Source of the DNA: Phoronis australis
Taxonomy: Eukaryota > Animalia > Phoronida
Assembly: GCA_002633005.1 (NCBI GenBank)
Contig: NMRA01000024.1
Coordinates: 1,269,903-1,333,902 of the forward strand
Reading direction: 5' to 3'
Length of the DNA: 64,000 bases
The notes under the pieces are model-generated. The model ran no database searches. It saw only the letters and a list, made by a program, of their open reading frames with translations, and had not been told where the DNA came from. This document shows, piece by piece, positions 61,581-64,000 of this stretch. Numbering within the stretch: position 1 is the stretch's first letter; every line of letters begins with the position of its first letter. A program made the position numbers and the translations under genes.

Positions 61581-64000
61581 GATTAAGCAGGATTCCAAGT
61601 TCACGCCCAGCATCATAAGTCTCTCTCCCCATTGTCTCGTAAGACGTCGCTTTAGTCGCTGCAAAATGCTGTTCCAACGCCGCTGTGCAGTTCACGTGGA
61701 GTCGGCAATCAGTCGTCATGAAGTCAGTTCATTTTTTCACTTTACAGTAACGTCAAGAAGTGATATTAGATACGTACTTAAACTCCTATTGAGTCCAAAA
61801 TTGCCATAAAATGTCTTTGTGTGAGAAAAATATAAAAAACCAACAAGGCAGAATAAAACCTAGCCAGCCAGCGCTAGCTGTATTATTTATCGTCAAAATA
61901 CTATACATTACGGGTACCACTGTGTGTTAATCTGCCATAGATCCCGAAATTGCACACAGCCAGGATAGCTCTGCGCAGGCGTCACCTCCCCGTGAAACTT
62001 ATTTCAACACATGTAGGCCTAAAGCTAAAGACCGGACGGGACGCCAGCAAAATCTCAGTGGGAGTCAACCGACAATCACCTGATTGCCCGTTACAACCGT
62101 TTAAGTGACTAAACAAAACAATTTACTTTTGCAACACTCTCTTGGGTCATTCTCGACCTTTTGTAGCAATGAAAAGTATTAGTTGGTGGGCCAAATCTCA
62201 TAGCGTTCACCCTTGTGAGTACTTTGGGGGGGCAACCTAGTTTTTTCTATGTGGCTAGATAATATAACTAAAAATCAAATTCCAAAAAGTTCCCACGTCT
62301 ACACTTGCACATTTTTTTAAAAAAAGGTGTTTTTGTTGCACAAAATATGATGCCTATTCCTGCCACTTGATGGCGCTTTTCTAGTGAATTGACCAATCAG
62401 AGAGCCAGATTGTATTGTTGTGCTTAGTTACTTCAATATGGCTGCTCCCATGGAANTAGAGGCCCTACAGAATCTGGCCCACCGACTATATGTTGTCGTT
62501 TTGAAAACCGTGAGGCCTACGCTCGTGTCACGCACACGCGCCATTTCCTTCATTAACTGGATTTTTGCGACAGTTCGCAACTGAGCAAAATTTGTTCTGA
62601 CTGATGATTCGGTTTAAGTTTTTGGAAATTCTAAAAACTCATAATGAAGTGACCAGTTCAAATGTTGTGACGTGTAGGGCCTACGCAACCTCGTGAATCA
62701 GTGAACGACAGTTGATTGGAGAATCGGCGAATGAAAGAACTGGCCAACAGGTGACGCAATATTTCATACGGCGCCGAAAGCCGACGCACCGGCGGAGTGA
62801 GATCGCTCCCGGCAGTCGCTTTACAACACCGTGAAAAAATGGCAGGGTGAACAATTTTTAGCAAGTGGCGTCGCAGCAACTATTTCGTTTCTGCACTAGT
62901 GATGTTTAATAGCCGCGTGCTTAAAGCACATACTCTGACCGATTTAACCGATGTGTAGTTATTCATACTGTATGAATACAAGACACTATCGTAAACAAAA
63001 GTCATCGACAGTAGAAAGATGCATTCCGAAAAGGCGCAATCTACTAGGCTTCACATTTCCTGAATATAAATTTTGAGCACCGATCAACAGACCACATTTA
63101 CACTTCAGTCCATCAGTCAAGGCAGTTTGCGTAAAGTGCTGCCTGTTGAGACTAACCAATCAGAAACGCCGGTGTAAAAAAAAATCCCGAGGAAAATTAA
63201 GTGATACCTGCGTGCTGGTGCGGCTACCGCCCTACCTAGCGGCACGTAGGGAAGCAGCGAGTGTCTCAAAATGCCAATGTGGTTCCAGTATCCGAAAATA
63301 CCTACTAGATAAAATCTTATTTTCGATGCCCTTTCTTTATATTCTTTTCGTCTTTCGTGCCAACAGTGATTTTTTAACAGTTTTTGACCCTTTTCTGTGA
63401 GTGTATAATTACCGGCTGTCATCAGTTATTTCCGTACCCACATTTCCGGCTCGTCAGTTCAGGAACGACGCCATTTTTCCTTGTAACTGAATGTGCTAGC
63501 GCTTGTTCGAAAAGTCTTCATTATTTTATTTTATTAGTAATATCTCGTGATTCGTTTGCATATGTAGTGTATTTATAATTTGTAGTTTGTAGTCGTTGAA
63601 TTTTTTTGGAATGTTACGGAACAAGTTTAGATAATTTTCATTGCGGTAGGTGATGGTAGAAATCAAAAGTTTCAACCCATGACGGAACGGAGGCTCTATT
63701 GCGGCCCCGGCGTTGGCACACAGTTACCGGGCTCAGCCATGGGCGGCGCACCATAGGGGGCTGGAGCGGGGCTATAGCCCCCACCGGCTTTTTTAAGTGC
63801 TGCGCCGCCCATGGTATATGGACGGACACCACAAGGGAAGTGGGGGCGCTACAGCCCCCCACTTTTTTCAGTGTTGCAACGCCCTTGTCAGCACTCAACT
63901 CGATCCGTGACTGAGGCAGAGCCGGGCCCCGCAGCCGTCACTACTGACTGATATGCACTTGAGCTGTCTCGGCACTCTGACTGCCGCACCGACTGTTCGT

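Noticed and set aside
61600-64000. A divergent gene upstream of Sec24
   Set aside because: There are only short ORFs without recognisable domains or a consistent exon chain, and much of the region resembles repeats (e.g. similarity of ~62660-62700 to ~30990-31015).

Overview
Intron-rich, repeat-laden eukaryotic (invertebrate-type animal) DNA from a gapped draft assembly, with N runs at 9369-9440, 19898-19903, 55509-55630 and one N near 62456. It is not a prokaryotic window. Genes reconstructed by hand from GT-AG sites with frame-consistent phases: (1) the intact last exon of a plus-strand SLC52/riboflavin-transporter-like gene (3096-3290) whose inferred intron holds a decayed Ty3/Gypsy pol; (2) a convergent, complete two-exon minus-strand SLC52-like paralog (13123-10281, ~489 aa) with substitutions at normally invariant residues; (3) a six-exon secreted M4 (thermolysin-family) zinc metalloprotease (22953-28656, ~529 aa) that is collinear with gammaproteobacterial elastase LasB/vibriolysin pre-pro-enzymes but carries five spliceosomal introns. 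This is the standout feature, a candidate domesticated horizontal gene transfer; (4) a 19-coding-exon Sec24C/D gene on the minus strand (58027-35663, ~1146 aa) with two TGCCACGT motifs at its putative promoter and a probable haplotype duplication at an assembly gap. Between the genes are LINE, Crypton-like, Penelope-like, HIRAN-bearing and Kolobok/THAP remnants, many MITEs, minisatellites and a ~1.4 kb duplicated segment. All homology calls come from recalled motifs; no database search was run.
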